IMG/VR virus record: IMGVR_UViG_3300045955_000368
Span: 1 to 25,818 of that record
From: a virus
Lineage: Duplodnaviria > Caudoviricetes
Strand: one strand, 5' to 3'
DNA length: 25,818 nucleotides
Position numbers and translations under genes: made by a program. Positions 23,093-25,818 of this stretch are shown piece after piece. The first letter of the stretch is position 1. The number at the start of each line of letters is the position of its first letter. The notes below the pieces were generated by a model. That model ran no database searches. It was given only the letters and a program-made list of their open reading frames with translations, and was not told the DNA's origin.

Positions 23093-24480
23093 GCGCCGAG
23101 CTCGTCACGGTCGATCGGGAAATCGCCATCTGGTGGGCACCGATTCCGGACACCGCGCAGGAGGCCTTCTTCGACGACGACACGCCCGATGCGGCGCTGC
23201 TGTTCTGCGGCGGCTGGGGCAGCGGCAAGACCATGACGCTCTGGGGCAAGGCCCTGAAGTTGTCGGCCATCAATCATCCGCTGCCGCTCATCTGGGTCGT
23301 CCCGACCTACGATCACGTCCTCAAGACGCTGCTCCCAAAGCTCGAGGAACTGACCGAGGACGGGCGGCCGTGGTTCCTGACGCCGGATCAGTATCACTAC
23401 CACGAGACGCAACACGAGTTCACCTGGCTCGGCGGCGGGCCGATCTGGTTCAAGTCGGCGGCGGACGCCGAGGATGCGAAGCGGATCGCGGGGCCCAACG
23501 TCGCCGGCGCGCTGGTCGACGAACCGGCGCTGATCTCGCAGCGGGCGTGGCGGAACACCACGGCGCGCGTGCGGCATCCGAGCGCGAAGCTCAGACAGAC
23601 CGCGGCGGCGGGCACCGCGGACGATCTCTCCTGGATGCAGGACTACTTCTTCGACCCGGAACGGCCGGCACGTTACAAGCGGTACGACATGTCGCTGACC
23701 GAGAACAGCGAGCTCCTGAGCCGGAACCCGGAGTACTTGGCGCAGGTGCAGGAGAACGCGACCGAGCAGGAGATCGAGGCCTTCGTTCACGGCAAGGGCG
23801 TCGTGCTCGACGGCCAGCCGGCCTATTCCATGTTCAGGGACACGCTGCACTGGACGGAAGACGTGCAGCCGCCGGACCCAAACCTGCCGCTGGTGCTGAC
23901 CTGTGATTTCAACGTCGCGCCGATGGAGTGGGTGATCGGGCAGGTGGTCGCCGGGCCGCACGGGCCGGAGCCGCACGTCGTCGACGGGATCTCTAAGCAG
24001 GTTGCGACGATCGACACGGCCTGCGATGCCGTGCTAGAGAAGTATCCGAGCTGGCCGGCCGGGTTCCACGTCTACGGGGACGCCACCGGGCGTGCGCGGC
24101 ACGTCAAGTCGCACAAGTCGAACTACAGCATCATCTCGGAACGGCTCTCCGTGTCTGGTCCGGTCGATGTACGCGTCCCCTTGGCGAATCCAGGCGTCAG
24201 CGATCGGCTGTCCGCGGTCAATCGGCTGCTGAAGAACGCGAACGGGGTGACGCGGCTGTGGATCCGGAAGTGGTCGCCGTTCCGCACCTGTCCGACGCGG
24301 TCGCTCGTGCGGTCCCTGCAGCGGACGACCCAGAAGCAGGGCGCTGAGGTCGAGGACAAGCCATCCGGCGAGACGATCACCCACGCGTCATCGGCGCTCG
24401 GGTACTGGATCGTGAGGGAATGGCCGACGCAGAAGCCGGTGCAGAACGTGGGCTCGGCCATGATGGAGCACCTGCTGTGA
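23089..24480 (+). CDS. terL: Terminase large subunit
   Basis: Walker A GGWGSGKT, VVPTY, Walker B ALVDE, nuclease DFN..PM and YGDATG, NP.V.DR...VN. Confidence 0.95.
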   Translation: MSAELVTVDREIAIWWAPIPDTAQEAFFDDDTPDAALLFCGGWGSGKTMTLWGKALKLSAINHPLPLIWVVPTYDHVLKTLLPKLEELTEDGRPWFLTPDQYHYHETQHEFTWLGGGPIWFKSAADAEDAKRIAGPNVAGALVDEPALISQRAWRNTTARVRHPSAKLRQTAAAGTADDLSWMQDYFFDPERPARYKRYDMSLTENSELLSRNPEYLAQVQENATEQEIEAFVHGKGVVLDGQPAYSMFRDTLHWTEDVQPPDPNLPLVLTCDFNVAPMEWVIGQVVAGPHGPEPHVVDGISKQVATIDTACDAVLEKYPSWPAGFHVYGDATGRARHVKSHKSNYSIISERLSVSGPVDVRVPLANPGVSDRLSAVNRLLKNANGVTRLWIRKWSPFRTCPTRSLVRSLQRTTQKQGAEVEDKPSGETITHASSALGYWIVREWPTQKPVQNVGSAMMEHLL

Positions 24481-24707
24481 GCGCCCCGAAGCGCATCGGA
24501 CGGCCACCGATCGCCGCCGACGCGCACGATGTGACGACGCGGGTGTCTGGAGAGACCTACGACGAGGCGTGCCGGATCGCGCTAGCGCGCGGCATCTCGC
24601 TGTCGGCGCTCGCGCGCGAAAGCCTGGAGGTCGTGATCCGCGTCTACCGGCGACGGGGACTTTCTCCCCAACAAACTCGCCACGGAGCCTCGCCCTTCGT
24701 ACCGTAG
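24477..24707 (+). CDS. Ribbon-helix-helix (CopG-like) DNA-binding protein
   Basis: GRPP..VTTRVS.E.YD....IA..RGISLS.L.R; GGAG RBS, GTGA overlap. Confidence 0.75.
   Translation: MSAPKRIGRPPIAADAHDVTTRVSGETYDEACRIALARGISLSALARESLEVVIRVYRRRGLSPQQTRHGASPFVP
24677..24705 (+). promoter_or_regulatory. Possible promoter for portal gene
   Basis: TCGCCA (24677-24682), 17 bp, TACCGT (24700-24705), 5 nt before ATC 24711. Confidence 0.35.
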
Positions 24708-24710
24708 AGC

Positions 24711-25818
24711 ATCGCCAATCTCTCGTACACCACGTCGACGGGATCGGGCGCGCCCGCCATTCAGCATCCCACCTATCTCCGCTACAAGGCGGTCTGGCTG
24801 AAGCTGTTCGATGTCCTGCACGGGACAGGCGGCTTCGCCGACGCCACCTATCTCGTCGCGCACCCGCGCGAATACAAGGATCATCAGGCCACCAACCCGC
24901 GCAAGCCCACGAAGGCGCTCCTCGCCCGCCGCACGCTGGCGCACTACACCAACGTCGCGGCGACGATCCTCGAGCAGAAGGCCTCGGCGCTCTTCCGCCC
25001 GCCGATCGCGCGGACCGTGCACGGGAAGGCGGAAGGGCACGAGATCTTCGACTGGTGGGCGAACGTCGACGGCTACGGCTGCTCGATGACCGAGTGGATG
25101 TGGGACGGCTTCATCGCCGCCGGTGCCTTCGGGCATGTCTTCCACTACATGGACCGCGACAAGGCGCCTGCTGGGACGGCCGCCGAGACCGCCGCGGATG
25201 CGTCGCAGCCCTACCTCCGGATCTACCTGCCGCTGGATGTCCCGGACTGGGTCCAGAACGACCGCGGCGAGCTGATCGGGGTGAAGCTGCTCGAACCCAT
25301 CCCGCGCACGAGTCTGAAGGAGGCGCCGATCCAGAACCAAGCGCGCCAGCGGCTGGTCGACGAGACGACCTGGGAAGTCTACGACCCGGGCTCCCTGACG
25401 CCAGGCGACCAGGGACAGCACGGCTTCGGGACACTACCAGTCGTCGTGCAGTACGCCAAGCGGCGCCGGCTCGAGCCGCTGATCGGGCAGCCGATTCTCG
25501 GCGATCCGAACAGTTACATCCGGCTGTACAACCTCGACTCTGAAATCTCCCAGATTCTCCGCGGGCAAACCTTCGGCGTGCTGAACGCGCCGCTCGGCAC
25601 GGGCGATCAGGCCACCGACGTCGCCGCGGCGAAGACCATGATGGGCGACGAGAAGGGCGTCGATAACGTCCTGTTCACGCCGCTGCCGGCGCAGTACGTC
25701 CAGCCCGAGACCGAAAACGTCACGGTCTACCAGGCCGAACGGTCGGACCTCCTGCGCCGGATCTATCGCCTCGCCGCGGCGCCCTGGGAATCGGACTCGA
25801 AGGATGCCGAGGCACAGG
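24711..25818 (+). CDS. Portal protein (DUF4055-like), 3'-truncated, start codon uncertain
   Basis: Open frame: HPTY..W...D...G...YL..HPRE..R...A.Y.N..NVDG.G.S..G....D..PY...Y....V.DW; directly after terL. Confidence 0.85.
   Translation, partial: MANLSYTTSTGSGAPAIQHPTYLRYKAVWLKLFDVLHGTGGFADATYLVAHPREYKDHQATNPRKPTKALLARRTLAHYTNVAATILEQKASALFRPPIARTVHGKAEGHEIFDWWANVDGYGCSMTEWMWDGFIAAGAFGHVFHYMDRDKAPAGTAAETAADASQPYLRIYLPLDVPDWVQNDRGELIGVKLLEPIPRTSLKEAPIQNQARQRLVDETTWEVYDPGSLTPGDQGQHGFGTLPVVVQYAKRRRLEPLIGQPILGDPNSYIRLYNLDSEISQILRGQTFGVLNAPLGTGDQATDVAAAKTMMGDEKGVDNVLFTPLPAQYVQPETENVTVYQAERSDLLRRIYRLAAAPWESDSKDAEAQ

Larger units (their letters stand above)
1..25818. mobile_element. Temperate tailed phage genome segment spanning lysis end, att, integrase, immunity, early/replication and packaging start
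   Basis: Integrase next to a tRNA-derived att core, cI/cro pair, RusA, terS/terL, portal; tightly coupled ATGA/GTGA gene overlaps; no host housekeeping genes. Confidence 0.97.

Noticed and set aside
24569-25543. 324-aa plus-strand ORF in the ORF track
   Set aside because: Wrong frame, Arg/Pro-rich; the portal-like sequence is in the frame starting at 24711
1-25818. Genome-wide stop-codon reassignment
   Set aside because: Genes are full-length in code 11 and TAG/TGA fall at natural ends; only the portal junction is anomalous
1-25818. Specific host taxon assignment
   Set aside because: High GC, a lipobox in the lysis cluster and IHF-like sites only hint at a diderm host; a search with the att core is needed

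Overview
High-GC segment of a lambdoid-organised temperate tailed phage, with no host genes. Left to right: the end of the late/lysis region (truncated clan GH-A glycoside hydrolase, holin-like proteins, lipoprotein), minus-strand accessory genes, and an att site whose core is the 3' half of tRNA-Val(CAC). Next come a tyrosine integrase, a cI/cro switch with divergent leaderless promoters, and an early operon (Xis-like, CII-like, putative annealing protein, PD-(D/E)XK exonuclease, NinB-like, HNH, replication initiator and loader, RusA, adenine methyltransferase, ASCH). A mosaic array of small genes, an Ogr-like activator, terS, a DUF268-like methyltransferase, terL and the start of the portal gene follow. 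Phage genes flank both sides of the att core, so this is most simply an attP junction (excised or virion form). Top candidates for novelty: (1) a gene next to attP carrying a copy of the integrase N-terminal domain fused to a GIY-YIG (T5orf172-like) domain, with its promoter overlapped by putative arm-type repeats; (2) two inverted ~63-bp bipartite elements bracketing one small gene; (3) a portal gene with no canonical start codon; (4) substitutions at expected catalytic residues in Int and TerL. All family calls are by-eye motif recognition; no searches were run.
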